Positions 42,797-53,466 are shown, counted from the stretch's first letter. The stretch is DNA of 64,000 nt from Candidatus Coprovivens sp. (GCA_051892935.1 JBJFGS010000024.1:32001-96000), one strand, 5' to 3'. The notes: a model not told the origin generated them from the letters alone. A program made the numbers and translations.

Positions 42797-42838
42797 AACT
42801 ACTCGTAAAAAGAAATTTTTCTAAAGGGGGAATTAGAA

Positions 42839-44614
42839 ATGAATTCTAGAGAATGTTATGAAATATTAGGAATACCTAATGGTTATAATCAAGATGATTT
42901 TGATGATGTTGTATTCGATGCTTATATTAAAAAAAATCGAGCACTACAAGCTAAACTGGATAGAAAGGAAATAAGTTACCAAGAATATATTCATTTATTG
43001 GGGCAATTAACTGAAGCTAAAAATACTTTAAGTTCATTAAGAAAAAGTAAAATAACTCCTAGCGAAGAAAGAGTTATAGAGACGGATGATAGGGAAATGA
43101 GTCCATTGGTTGATGGAGGAATTGGTTCAGTAGATGATGAAGAAATGGGTTTAGATACCGATGGTGGTGAGTATCGTGAGCTTGGTGACTTTTTAGGTCA
43201 AGATGATTATGATGATATTGACGACTCTTTAGACCAAGATGATTATGAAACAGGTGCAGTTTCAAGGCCTAAAACAAAAAGTACTAATGGAAATGCTTTT
43301 AGAAGAGTTCTTGCTACTGCTGGTTGTGTGGTAGTTATTGGAGGTTCTATTGCTTTAGGTTGGTTTTTACATAATGCTTTAGATAAAAAAGCTGACTTAA
43401 ATAATGTTGTTGGTGTAGAAGCAGTTGTTGAGGAAACACAAAATCCAAATTACAATACTGAAGCTCCTACTGAGACAACTATTCCTGCTGAAACAGCTAC
43501 TCCGACTGAAGAAGTAGTGGAAGTAAAACCAATGGTAATGAACTATGGTGATATTTCTGATACAAATTTAGTTCAACAAAGAGCTACTAATGTTGCTAAT
43601 CAATTAAGTAAAGCTGGTGTTATTAATATGAATACTGGTTTACCTTATACAGTTGATGAGATTATTAAAGTAAATCAATTTATTTGCGGAGCTTATGTTC
43701 CAGAAGTTGAAGCTGAAGCTTATTCAATGGTTAATGATTATTTAAATTTCTGTATTATGGATAGTGATTTAACTATTGCATTTGCTAATGTAAACGGTAT
43801 TGATTGGAATAGTATTGAGGAGCAAGAATTACTAAACGCTTTAAAAAATACTGATTTACCAAATCTTCAAAGATTACAAGAAACAACACCTAAAATAATG
43901 ATTGTAGATAATATGTTATATGGAGATGTTTCAGTTGCTGCTTATAATTATTTAAAGATGTTTGAAAGTAAGTATCAAGAAATGATATATTCAACTGATC
44001 AAAAATTATGTGATGATATATATTTAGACTTAACTTATTCTTTAACTAGATTAAGAGTTAATGGTGAATATACATTCACATGGAATAATGAGCAATATAC
44101 AGTAACGATGAATGACTTTAGTGGTAAAGATAAAATCAATGCTGGTAATATTTTACAATATTATGTATTTATGTATCAAACTGCATTCTCTAAAATTGAA
44201 GAAGCTAAAATGAATGAACTTGGAAATCTAGTATACGATGGTATAGATGATCCTTCTGGTGATAAATACACATATACTTATGTTCCTGGTGAGGTTCATG
44301 GAGAGACTGTTGAAGATTCAGAACATTTAATAGGTTATCATGATGAAAATATTTCATTAGATGATAGTGTTAATTATGCAGATCATAAATATCTTGAAAC
44401 AACTGAATATTTTAATGCTGCATGTTATCAAAGTATATCTTTAGAAGATATTGCTTTAGATGATGATGGATATATTTTCCTAATTGGAAATCAAGAAGGA
44501 GAAAATTTCTCAACTATGAATCAAGTTAATTCTATTAATGCTGCATTAGCTAACTTCTATGCAAAAGGATTAGATTATTATAACCAAACATTCAATAAAA
44601 CATTGAAAAAATAA
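42839..44614 (+). CDS. single-pass membrane protein with J-domain-like N-terminus lacking HPD
   Basis: CYEILGI..AYIKK..LTEAKNTL; acidic linker; TM helix; PTET-rich stalk. Confidence 0.6.
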   Translation: MNSRECYEILGIPNGYNQDDFDDVVFDAYIKKNRALQAKLDRKEISYQEYIHLLGQLTEAKNTLSSLRKSKITPSEERVIETDDREMSPLVDGGIGSVDDEEMGLDTDGGEYRELGDFLGQDDYDDIDDSLDQDDYETGAVSRPKTKSTNGNAFRRVLATAGCVVVIGGSIALGWFLHNALDKKADLNNVVGVEAVVEETQNPNYNTEAPTETTIPAETATPTEEVVEVKPMVMNYGDISDTNLVQQRATNVANQLSKAGVINMNTGLPYTVDEIIKVNQFICGAYVPEVEAEAYSMVNDYLNFCIMDSDLTIAFANVNGIDWNSIEEQELLNALKNTDLPNLQRLQETTPKIMIVDNMLYGDVSVAAYNYLKMFESKYQEMIYSTDQKLCDDIYLDLTYSLTRLRVNGEYTFTWNNEQYTVTMNDFSGKDKINAGNILQYYVFMYQTAFSKIEEAKMNELGNLVYDGIDDPSGDKYTYTYVPGEVHGETVEDSEHLIGYHDENISLDDSVNYADHKYLETTEYFNAACYQSISLEDIALDDDGYIFLIGNQEGENFSTMNQVNSINAALANFYAKGLDYYNQTFNKTLKK

Positions 44615-44635
44615 TAATAGATTGGAGGAATAATT

Positions 44636-46825
44636 ATGTACGATGAAAATAATATTACTTATAGAGTTGGTATAAACTGGAAAGATATATTAGTAAAAAT
44701 AATTATGTTAATTCTATTTATCTTATTACTATTATGGATATTTCCTAAAGCTGATTTAGATGTGTTTTACGATCAAGTTTATACTAATAATATAAAAACT
44801 ATGAAAGAAGCTGCTAGAAATTATTATACTGTTGATAGGTTACCTAAATCTGTTGGTGATCAAACATCTATGACATTAAAAGAAATGGTAGATAATAAAA
44901 TGATTATAAGATTTACTGATAAAGATGGTAAAACTTGTGATGAATCTAGTAGTGGTATTGAAATTACGAAAACTTCTGATAATGAATATACAATGAAGGT
45001 AGAACTTAATTGTGGAGATCAAAAAGATTATATATTAGAAACTATCGGATGTACTACTGTTTGTTCTAATGGTACTTGTCAAACAATTATTAATAACGGA
45101 AATAATAGTAGTAATATAGTTGCTGATGGTTCATCAAATAATGGTTATAATAATGGAACTGGATCTACTAATAATAGTGATACTGTTCAAGATAATACTG
45201 ATTGGGAAAGTATGACAGGTAGTTCGAAAGATGATGTGTATAAAATAAAAGTTACATATTATCAACATAAGAAAGCTGTAACTACTACAAAGACTGTTTA
45301 TACTTGTCCTGATGGTTATACTAAGAATGGTACTAAATGTACTAAGAAAACTACTGGTGCTACTATAGATGCTACTCCTGTATATAATCCTGATACTGTA
45401 GAAACTACTGATGCAAAATTTAATTATAATGGATCATATACAATATATGCTGATCCTATAAAGACTAAAGTTGATACTGATATAAGTTGTCCTACTGGAT
45501 ATACCTTGAATGGAGCTTATTGTATTAAATATACTGATGCTACTGAAGTAAAAGGTGAAACTACTTATACTTGTCCTAGTGGTTATACTAAGAATGGTAC
45601 TAAATGTACTAAGAGTTATGATGCTACATATAAAGCTGGAGCTACAACATATACTTGTCCTAATGGTGGTACTTTAAATGGTACTAAGTGTGTATTAACT
45701 ACTACTGCTACTTCTAATACTGAATATACTTGTCCTAGTGGTTATACTAAGAATGGTACTAGTTGTTATAAAGTTTATACAGCTACTTCTAAAACTTCAT
45801 ATACATGTCCTAATGGTGGTTCTTTAAGTGGTACTAAGTGTGTAACTTCTTCAAGTTATAATGCTACTGCTTCAACAGTTTATGGAAGTTGGGTGAGTCA
45901 AGGTACTAAGTATTATACTTCTGCTGGTCAAGCTTATACTGGTGATACTTCAAAATTAGTATATGTTGGTAAAATAACTGGTGCTGCTTGTGGTAGTCCT
46001 TGTGGAAACTCTGGTATTTGGTATAAATATACATATTATACTAGAAGTAAAACTACTAAATATACATGTCCTAATGGTGGTTCTTTAAGTGGTACTAAGT
46101 GTGTAACTTCTTCAAGTTATAATGCTACTGCTAATACTACTTATACTTGTCCTAATGGTGGTACTCAAAGTGGTGGTAAATGTACATTAACAGCTAATGC
46201 TACTGCCAATACTACTTATACTTGTCCTAGTGGTTATACTAGAAATGGTACTACTTGTACTAAAACATATGATGCTACTGCTAATACTGGAGCAGGATCA
46301 TATACTTGTCCTAATGGTGGTACTTTAAATGGTAGTAAGTGTATTGTTACTATAGATGCTACTCCTACTACTGGAGCTACTACATATAGTTGTCCTACTG
46401 GATATACTTATAATGAAACATTGAAGAAATGTGAATATAAGATTACTGCTACAATTACTGATGTTTATGAATATAGTTGCCCTACTGGTTATACAAAATC
46501 TGGTGAAGGTGAAAAAACTATTTGTTCTAAGACTACTCAAGGTGAAAAAGTATATTATTGTGAAAATGCAAATGCTGTATTAAATGGTACTAAGTGTATT
46601 TTAACAATAAAAGGTGGCATTAAGAATTATACTTGTCCTACTGGTTATACATTAAATGGTACTAAGTGTACTAAGAATTCAGTTGTTACTATTGATGCTA
46701 CAGCTACTACTAAGAAATCTACTACATATAAATATAAATGGAGTAAGAGTTCTCAGTTAGATGGTTGGACATTTACTGGTAAAACTAAAGTTGTTGAAGA
46801 AACTTATACAGCTGGACAAAAATAA
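44636..46825 (+). CDS. surface protein: N-terminal TM/pilin-like domain plus 14 YxCPxGxxxxGxxC repeats
   Basis: TM; NNIKTMKEAARNYY..TLKEMVD pilin-like segment; repeats counted in the translation. Confidence 0.75.
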   Translation: MYDENNITYRVGINWKDILVKIIMLILFILLLLWIFPKADLDVFYDQVYTNNIKTMKEAARNYYTVDRLPKSVGDQTSMTLKEMVDNKMIIRFTDKDGKTCDESSSGIEITKTSDNEYTMKVELNCGDQKDYILETIGCTTVCSNGTCQTIINNGNNSSNIVADGSSNNGYNNGTGSTNNSDTVQDNTDWESMTGSSKDDVYKIKVTYYQHKKAVTTTKTVYTCPDGYTKNGTKCTKKTTGATIDATPVYNPDTVETTDAKFNYNGSYTIYADPIKTKVDTDISCPTGYTLNGAYCIKYTDATEVKGETTYTCPSGYTKNGTKCTKSYDATYKAGATTYTCPNGGTLNGTKCVLTTTATSNTEYTCPSGYTKNGTSCYKVYTATSKTSYTCPNGGSLSGTKCVTSSSYNATASTVYGSWVSQGTKYYTSAGQAYTGDTSKLVYVGKITGAACGSPCGNSGIWYKYTYYTRSKTTKYTCPNGGSLSGTKCVTSSSYNATANTTYTCPNGGTQSGGKCTLTANATANTTYTCPSGYTRNGTTCTKTYDATANTGAGSYTCPNGGTLNGSKCIVTIDATPTTGATTYSCPTGYTYNETLKKCEYKITATITDVYEYSCPTGYTKSGEGEKTICSKTTQGEKVYYCENANAVLNGTKCILTIKGGIKNYTCPTGYTLNGTKCTKNSVVTIDATATTKKSTTYKYKWSKSSQLDGWTFTGKTKVVEETYTAGQK
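45799..46132 (+). repeat. 73-bp perfect direct repeat (45799-45871 and 46060-46132) within the Cys-repeat gene
   Basis: Identical atatacatgtcctaatgg...aatgctactgct copies offset by 261 bp, in frame. Confidence 0.9.
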
Positions 46826-46826
46826 T

Positions 46827-46856
46827 AAAAAAGACTTAAAATTTAAGTCTTTTTTT
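46827..46856. terminator. bidirectional terminator
   Basis: aaaaaagacttaaa-a-tttaagtctttttt inverted repeat. Confidence 0.8.
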
Positions 46857-46886
46857 ATGATAAATCATCTTATTAAAAACAAGGAG

Positions 46887-48464
46887 TTATACTCCTTGTT
46901 CTTTTTCTGTATTTTCAACTGAAATATCTTCTGGATTTTCATTTTCTTGAGTATTTTCATTAGATGGATTTTCAATTGTTGGTTCTTCTTCATTATTATT
47001 TTCTTGAATATCTTCTAAAGGTTCTTCTATTGTTTCTTCTTCATTTTCTTGATGTACTAATATATATAATTTACCATTATCTAGGACTAGCAGTTCATTA
47101 TTATCTGTATTTAATATTAAGTATTTATTATTATCTGTAGATACAATATATCTTAGGTCTGATGCTGTTGGAGCATCATCTAGTTCTTTAAATGAATCTT
47201 TTATATTATTAAGGTATGATTCATCATCACTGAATGAATCTTTTGTTAATGATTCACTATAATATACTTTTGTATCTGTTTGATATTCATTTAGTCCTAT
47301 TAACATCATTTTATATATACCATTGTCTTCTACTATGATAAATTGTATTATATCTTCTAATATTACTTCTTGGTTAGTTTTTAGATTAGTTATACTAAGT
47401 TCATATGCATCATTTAATGATACTTTTAGATGCAAATTTTTTATTGTATATTCTGTATATACTGGACTTATTATTTCTTGATATGCAATATTTTTCTCTT
47501 CATATTCATAGCAAATTTGTTCATTTTCTACTGTTGGAACAAAATTAATTCCAAAGAAGAAAATAATGGCTGCTAAGATATAGTATTTAGAACGTTTTTT
47601 AGATTTTGTTAATTCTTCTGGAGTAAGATTTTCTCCTTCAATATACCCTTGAGTTTTGTTTTTTCTTAAAACATATAACCCTACCATTGTACTTGCTAAT
47701 GCTATAAGTAATGATGTTATTAACGAAAATATTTTTCCTTCTAATGATGAAGTTGCATCTGTACAAGCTTTAATAACGTTTATTTCGCCTAAAAATATTG
47801 AAAGATCCCAATATCCATGTAAGAATACTACTGACCATATATTTTTAGTTCTATAGTAGATTGAACCTAGTAAGAATCCTAATCCTACAGCTTGGACTAT
47901 TTGAGCAATCGTTTCTATTACACTTTGCCCTCCTATCCAAATGTTACTAATATGAATTCCACCAAATATTAAAGATGATAAAAAAATACTTAGTATTACA
48001 CCTTTTCTTGTGTTATCAAATCGTTCTAGGAATTCATTTTGAATCCAACCACGACACAAGAATTCTTCAAATATACCAATGAATAAGCAAAATATTATTA
48101 AAGAACCTAGGTCTAATATGTTTATTGTTCCTTTTATTGAAGTTATAGAAATACCTAAAAGAATTGTTGCTATTACAGTTATATATCCACCTACTAGTAG
48201 TGATTTTAGAAATCCTGTTTTCTTTTCAGTAAATATATATGAATTTTTAAATAGTAACAATACAATAAGTATTATAAAAGCACATACCGCTTCTACTATA
48301 GCTGATGAACCATATTTTCCATAAAGAAACATTCTTGATATGATTGGATATAGTAGACCATTTACTATATCAAAGATAATCATCGATAAGACCATTACAA
48401 TAAAGAATATTATTATATTTTTTGTTCCTTTTGATTTGGTTACTTCTTTTTGTTCATTTTCCAT
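46887..48464 (-). CDS. CPBP (Abi/CAAX) intramembrane metalloprotease with extracellular C-terminal domain
   Basis: EEFLCRG, FGGIH and HGYWD motifs; acidic tail; start at ATG 48464. Confidence 0.88.
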   Translation of the reverse strand: MENEQKEVTKSKGTKNIIIFFIVMVLSMIIFDIVNGLLYPIISRMFLYGKYGSSAIVEAVCAFIILIVLLLFKNSYIFTEKKTGFLKSLLVGGYITVIATILLGISITSIKGTINILDLGSLIIFCLFIGIFEEFLCRGWIQNEFLERFDNTRKGVILSIFLSSLIFGGIHISNIWIGGQSVIETIAQIVQAVGLGFLLGSIYYRTKNIWSVVFLHGYWDLSIFLGEINVIKACTDATSSLEGKIFSLITSLLIALASTMVGLYVLRKNKTQGYIEGENLTPEELTKSKKRSKYYILAAIIFFFGINFVPTVENEQICYEYEEKNIAYQEIISPVYTEYTIKNLHLKVSLNDAYELSITNLKTNQEVILEDIIQFIIVEDNGIYKMMLIGLNEYQTDTKVYYSESLTKDSFSDDESYLNNIKDSFKELDDAPTASDLRYIVSTDNNKYLILNTDNNELLVLDNGKLYILVHQENEEETIEEPLEDIQENNNEEEPTIENPSNENTQENENPEDISVENTEKEQGV

Positions 48465-48547
48465 TTTTCTACTCCTTTCTATTGTATTTAATATAACAAT
48501 TTTGTTTCTTTTAAGCAATAAAAAAAGTTATTTTTTTATAACTTTTT

Positions 48548-50914
48548 TTAACCTCTTAATTTAGCTCCTGTTTTTTCTTCTACTTCTTTAATTATTCTAT
48601 TGAATATTTCCATTACCTCGTTGTCTAGTAAAGTTTTTGTTGCATCTTTAAATACTAGTTTATATGCTATTGATTTTTTGTTTTCTTCTAAATTTTCATA
48701 TACATCAAATACTTGTACTGTGTCTAATAGTCTTCCTCCAGATTTTTTAATTTGATTTTTAATTATTTCACTTTCAATATTGTTATCTACTATAAAAGCT
48801 AAATCTTTAGTTATTTCTGGGTATTTTGATGCTTCTTTAAATTTTATAGGTTTAATTTCTTTATTATATAGTTTTGTCATTGATACTTCTGCCACATAGA
48901 TTTCATCTTTTTTATATGATGGATGAACTCGTCCTAACATACCTATTTCTTCTTTATCTAATAGTATTTTAGCTGTCATACCAGGATGCATTTCTGGTAA
49001 AGAGCTTGCTATGAAAGTATATCTATTTTTGAATCCTAAATAATCTAGAAGATTTTCTATAATTCCTTTTAAAGTGTAGAAATCACATTTTGTAGTGTTA
49101 TGTAGACAATCATTTATTAGATAGTTTCCTTTCATAAGGATAGATACTTTGGTATCTTCGTTATATTCTTTGTCATATGTTTTGGCAATTTCATATAGTA
49201 GAATATCTTTTATATTGCGAGATTTATTATATTCATATACATTAATTAGAGATGGTATTAGGGAAGTTCTTACTACTGATTTGTCTATACTCATTGGATT
49301 TGGTAGGACTACTGCTTCTTTGTTTTCATATTTGAATTTTGAAGCCATTTCTGGACTAGTTAATGTGTATGTCTTTGTTTCATTTAAACCTAGTAATCTT
49401 AATCTTTTAGATATTTGTTTTCTTATACCAACATCTCCTACATAAGTTCCACGTCTTATTGGGACTCTTGGTAATGTTGATTCTAAGTTTTCATAACCAT
49501 ATAGTCGACCTATTTCTTCTGCTATATCATTAACATTTGGATCAATATCTAATCTTCTTCTAGGAATAGTTACATGGAATGTATCTTTTTCTAATTTATA
49601 TGGAAACATTAATCTATCTAATTCTGTTTCTACATCTTTATCGGTTAAAGTTAGTCCTAGTAGAGTAGATACTTCAATAGTTTTAAATGTTACTATTTTT
49701 TCTGTTTTATCAATTTTATCATGAATTGCTGTTCCCTTTAATACTTGAGCATTTGCATATTTTTCTAGAAGATAGCAAGCTCTTTTTAAGGCAGCATCAG
49801 TATATTCGTAAGATAGACCTTTACCATAACGAATTGATGCTTCACTACGTAAATCTAGGCGTGATGAGGTATATCTAATACTTACTGAGTCGAAAATTGC
49901 ACTTTCTATTAAAATATCTTTTGTTGTTTCGTCAACATCTGTATTTTCTCCACCCATTACTCCTGCTATACATACTGGTTTATTACCATCTGTTATAACT
50001 ATATCATTTGATACTAAATCTCTTTTTTGACCATCTAGTGTAATTATAGTTTCTCCTTCTTTTGCTTGTCTTACTAGTATTTTATCTCCTAGCTTATCTT
50101 TATCAAAAAAGTGTAATGGTTGACCATATTCTAGCATTACATAGTTTGAGATATCTACTACATTGTTAATTGGTCTCATTCCAGCGGCTATTAGCCTTTT
50201 TTTAATGAATTCTGGTGACTCTTTTATTTCTACACCTTTAACCATTTTTGCTGTATAGTAAGGACATTTTTCGGTTTTTACTTCTACTTTTATATGTTTA
50301 TTTACATCATCATTTATTTCTTTATAGTCTGATTCTGGTAGTGATACTTTTTTATTTAGAATTGATGCTATTTCATAAGCAAATCCAATGTGGTAATAGC
50401 AGTCATTATTACGATGTTTATGGACGTCTAATTCATATAGAGTATCATCTGTACCTAAAAGGATGTTTGCGTCTGTACCAGGCTCTAAATCGGTTTCTAA
50501 TACCTCTATTCCTTTTGCATATGTTTCTTCTGTCTTTTCTTCGATACCAAGTTCGAATAAAGCACATATCATACCGTTTGATTCTTGGCCACGAATTTTT
50601 CCTGATTTTATTTCAAAATCACCAGGTAGTATGCAACCAGGTAATGCTACTAGTACTTTTATCCCAGCTTTAACATTTGGTGCACCACAAACTATTTGAG
50701 TTGTTGTTTTTCCTATATTAACTTGGCAAATATGTAAATGATCACTATCTGGATGATTGGTGCATTCTATAATTTCTCCTATTACTAGATTTTCAATACG
50801 ACTATCTACTACTTTTTCTACATTAACTCCTGCTTTAGTTATTTTAACTGCAAGTTCATGTAAATCTTCTTTTTCTAAATCAATATAATCTTTTACCCAA
50901 TTTAAACTTATCAT
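48548..50914 (-). CDS. pheT: phenylalanine-tRNA ligase beta subunit
   Basis: ISLNW, IVCGAPN, RPINNVVDISNYVMLEYGQPLH and FDX-ACB C-terminus. Confidence 0.98.
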   Translation of the reverse strand: MISLNWVKDYIDLEKEDLHELAVKITKAGVNVEKVVDSRIENLVIGEIIECTNHPDSDHLHICQVNIGKTTTQIVCGAPNVKAGIKVLVALPGCILPGDFEIKSGKIRGQESNGMICALFELGIEEKTEETYAKGIEVLETDLEPGTDANILLGTDDTLYELDVHKHRNNDCYYHIGFAYEIASILNKKVSLPESDYKEINDDVNKHIKVEVKTEKCPYYTAKMVKGVEIKESPEFIKKRLIAAGMRPINNVVDISNYVMLEYGQPLHFFDKDKLGDKILVRQAKEGETIITLDGQKRDLVSNDIVITDGNKPVCIAGVMGGENTDVDETTKDILIESAIFDSVSIRYTSSRLDLRSEASIRYGKGLSYEYTDAALKRACYLLEKYANAQVLKGTAIHDKIDKTEKIVTFKTIEVSTLLGLTLTDKDVETELDRLMFPYKLEKDTFHVTIPRRRLDIDPNVNDIAEEIGRLYGYENLESTLPRVPIRRGTYVGDVGIRKQISKRLRLLGLNETKTYTLTSPEMASKFKYENKEAVVLPNPMSIDKSVVRTSLIPSLINVYEYNKSRNIKDILLYEIAKTYDKEYNEDTKVSILMKGNYLINDCLHNTTKCDFYTLKGIIENLLDYLGFKNRYTFIASSLPEMHPGMTAKILLDKEEIGMLGRVHPSYKKDEIYVAEVSMTKLYNKEIKPIKFKEASKYPEITKDLAFIVDNNIESEIIKNQIKKSGGRLLDTVQVFDVYENLEENKKSIAYKLVFKDATKTLLDNEVMEIFNRIIKEVEEKTGAKLRG

Positions 50915-50916
50915 TA

Positions 50917-51960
50917 TTACACATCCTTTCTATCGAAGGTTACGGACTCTCTTAAATCTGTTTGATAGAATGTTCTAATATCATTTATTCCGTATTTTAA
51001 CATTGCTAGTCTTTCTGCTCCGAATCCAAAAGCGAATCCAGACCATTCTTTTGGATCATATCCACAATTTTTTAATACGTTTGGATGAACCATTCCCGCT
51101 CCACTAACAGTTATCCATCCAGTATTTTTACATAGTTGGCAACCTTTTCCTTTACATACGAAGCAAGATATGTCTGTTTCTACTGATGGTTCAGTAAATT
51201 GATAATAACTAGGTCTAAATCTTGTTATGCAATCTTCACCAAATAGTTTTTTAGCTATAACATCAAATGTTCCTTTTAAATCTGATAAACGAATATTTTT
51301 ATCAACTAATAATCCTTCTATTTGCATGAATTGATGTGAATGTGTGGCATCGTCTGCATCACGACGGTATGTTTTCCCTGGACATATCATTCTAATTGGT
51401 TTGTTACCGCCTGCAGCAATCATTGTTCTAGCTTGAACAGGAGATGTTTGACTTCGTAAAAGGATTGTTTCGTCTTCGATATAAAAAGTATCTTGAGCAT
51501 CTCTTGCCGGATGTCCTTTTGGTATATTTAGTAATTCGAAGTTATATTTATCTTCTTCTATTTCTGGACCATCTACTACATCGTATCCCATTGACATGAA
51601 TACTTCTTCTACTTCTTCAATTATTTTTTCTAGGATGTTTGGAGCTCCTACTGGAATTTTGGTTGCTGGTAGTGTTACATCGATTTTTTCTGAACTTAGT
51701 TTTTCTTTTAATGCTTCTTCTTCGTAGTATTTTATTTTTGTTTCTATACTAGATGTTAGTTCTTGTTTAAGATTGTTTAGTAGCATACCAAATTCTTTTT
51801 TTTCTTCACTATTTAGTTCTTTCATGTGGGCAGTTAGTTCTTGAACTGGTCCTTTTTTTCCTAGATATTCAACTTTTATGTCGTTTACTTCTTTAAGAGT
51901 AGTTGTTTTTTCTAATTTTTTTGCAACTTCAAGTTTTAAATTTTCTACTTTTTCTTTCAT
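50917..51960 (-). CDS. pheS: phenylalanine-tRNA ligase alpha subunit
   Basis: HPARDAQDTFY, DATHSHQF, FTEPS and GFAFGFGAERL; start at ATG 51960. Confidence 0.98.
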   Translation of the reverse strand: MKEKVENLKLEVAKKLEKTTTLKEVNDIKVEYLGKKGPVQELTAHMKELNSEEKKEFGMLLNNLKQELTSSIETKIKYYEEEALKEKLSSEKIDVTLPATKIPVGAPNILEKIIEEVEEVFMSMGYDVVDGPEIEEDKYNFELLNIPKGHPARDAQDTFYIEDETILLRSQTSPVQARTMIAAGGNKPIRMICPGKTYRRDADDATHSHQFMQIEGLLVDKNIRLSDLKGTFDVIAKKLFGEDCITRFRPSYYQFTEPSVETDISCFVCKGKGCQLCKNTGWITVSGAGMVHPNVLKNCGYDPKEWSGFAFGFGAERLAMLKYGINDIRTFYQTDLRESVTFDRKDV

Positions 51961-51974
51961 AAATTTTACCTCCA

Positions 51975-52195
51975 ATAAAAAAAATCTAAAACCAAGGGAC
52001 GAAATTATATTCCGCGGTACCACCCTAATTCTAGAAATCTAGCTCTTTATTATAGATATAACGCTTCTATATGCGGTTCTAACTCCAACGATGAATTTCA
52101 TTATATTATTTATCTATAAGTGCTTTCAGCCGCTGACACTTAATCTCTAAATGAAGAACTTAATATAATTACTTGGTTCGTCTTCAACGTTTTTC
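51975..52195 (-). promoter_or_regulatory. Phe T-box riboswitch leader
   Basis: AGGGTGGTACCGCG T-box at 52026-52013; AGAGA and GCTGAA stem I motifs; specifier GAAA-TTC (Phe) at 52095-52093. Confidence 0.9.
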
Positions 52196-52280
52196 TGCTT
52201 TGTATTTTAACACAATTGTTTTATTTATGCAAATAAAACATTCTATTTTGCAACTTAAATAACAAATAACTAAAGTTTAG

Positions 52281-53126
52281 TTATTTGCTACTAAATTCTT
52301 TTATGTCACTATAAATATTAATTATTTCTTTTTGTTCTTCTTCTTTATAATTAGATAATAGTATCTTTAGTTTTTCTTCTTCCTTTAATTTAGAATTCTT
52401 CAGTTGATTTTCATAGTTATTTAGTACTATTTTAATGCTTTCTTCATCTGATAGTCTTGTATATGATGGTATTTGCATTATCCCATATTTAGTTTCTTTC
52501 TTAGTTATAGCTCCGATATATGCGTTGATATTTCGATATATTTTAGGTGTTTTATAATCTTCATAAATCATTTGAGAATATACAAGATTATTAATTAGTT
52601 CACTTTTATTATTTATTATTGAATAGTATCTGTTTTTAAATTTTGCATATTGCATTATAATTTTTTCTTTTTTTAGAGTTTTTAATTTTGTTTTTTCTGT
52701 TTTTTCTTTATTTCTTGTTTTAACTGAATACAGATATACTAGATATAATATTATGAGAAACCAAATAAATGCTTTTATATCTTCTGGATTTGGTATAACT
52801 GTATCTACTTGAGAAATAAAGTAATTATAAGTAAATAAGCTTAGAGCTATGCTTATAACACTTTCAATTATATATGTAATATTACTTATTTCATTATTAT
52901 TGTTAACAATATTTGTTATGTAGAAGTTTCTTATGAATATTTCAAAGACTACTATTAAAAAGATATTTTCTTTAATAGATGGTATGAGTGCTGATATTAT
53001 TATTGTATAAATAGTTGGAATTAGTAATTGGTTTATTCTTCTATTATCCTCTTTTTGAAAGATATTTAATATGATTGTTAATGGTATTGTTAATAATATT
53101 TGCAGTATTATAGTAGTTAGTGTCAT
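52281..53126 (-). CDS. hypothetical membrane protein
   Basis: About 5 TMs followed by a soluble domain containing YGIMQI. Confidence 0.7.
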   Translation of the reverse strand: MTLTTIILQILLTIPLTIILNIFQKEDNRRINQLLIPTIYTIIISALIPSIKENIFLIVVFEIFIRNFYITNIVNNNNEISNITYIIESVISIALSLFTYNYFISQVDTVIPNPEDIKAFIWFLIILYLVYLYSVKTRNKEKTEKTKLKTLKKEKIIMQYAKFKNRYYSIINNKSELINNLVYSQMIYEDYKTPKIYRNINAYIGAITKKETKYGIMQIPSYTRLSDEESIKIVLNNYENQLKNSKLKEEEKLKILLSNYKEEEQKEIINIYSDIKEFSSK

Positions 53127-53204
53127 AGGTATTCTCCTTTTCAATGAGTTATACTACTATAATTTTGTTTAAAAGTCAATGAAACAAAAAAGCAGATTCC
53201 TCTG

Positions 53205-53450
53205 CTATATTTGTGATTTTAGTATTCTAGTTAATATAATAATTAATTCTGGATCTTTTACTCTATCTACGTATGTGTCTTGTCCATCAATTATTTCTTC
53301 AACTATAGCTACGTTTGTTGGAATGATATCTTTGTTTTCGTCTACTCCCATTACTAAGAAGTATTTTACCCCTCCATACATAGTTTCATTTAATACTACA
53401 TATTTTTCGTTGTTTTCTAAACTTATTATTGTGTTTGTTCTTAGACTCAT
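53205..53450 (-). CDS. small acidic protein, DUF1292-like
   Basis: 81 aa; LENNEKYVV..YFL..VKDPEL pattern. Confidence 0.55.
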   Translation of the reverse strand: MSLRTNTIISLENNEKYVVLNETMYGGVKYFLVMGVDENKDIIPTNVAIVEEIIDGQDTYVDRVKDPELIIILTRILKSQI

Positions 53451-53466
53451 TTTATCATCTCCTTGA

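Noticed and set aside
45290-46700. Regularly spaced DNA repeats as a CRISPR array
   Set aside because: They are degenerate in-frame coding repeats of a Cys motif, with no constant repeat/unique spacer pattern and no cas genes.
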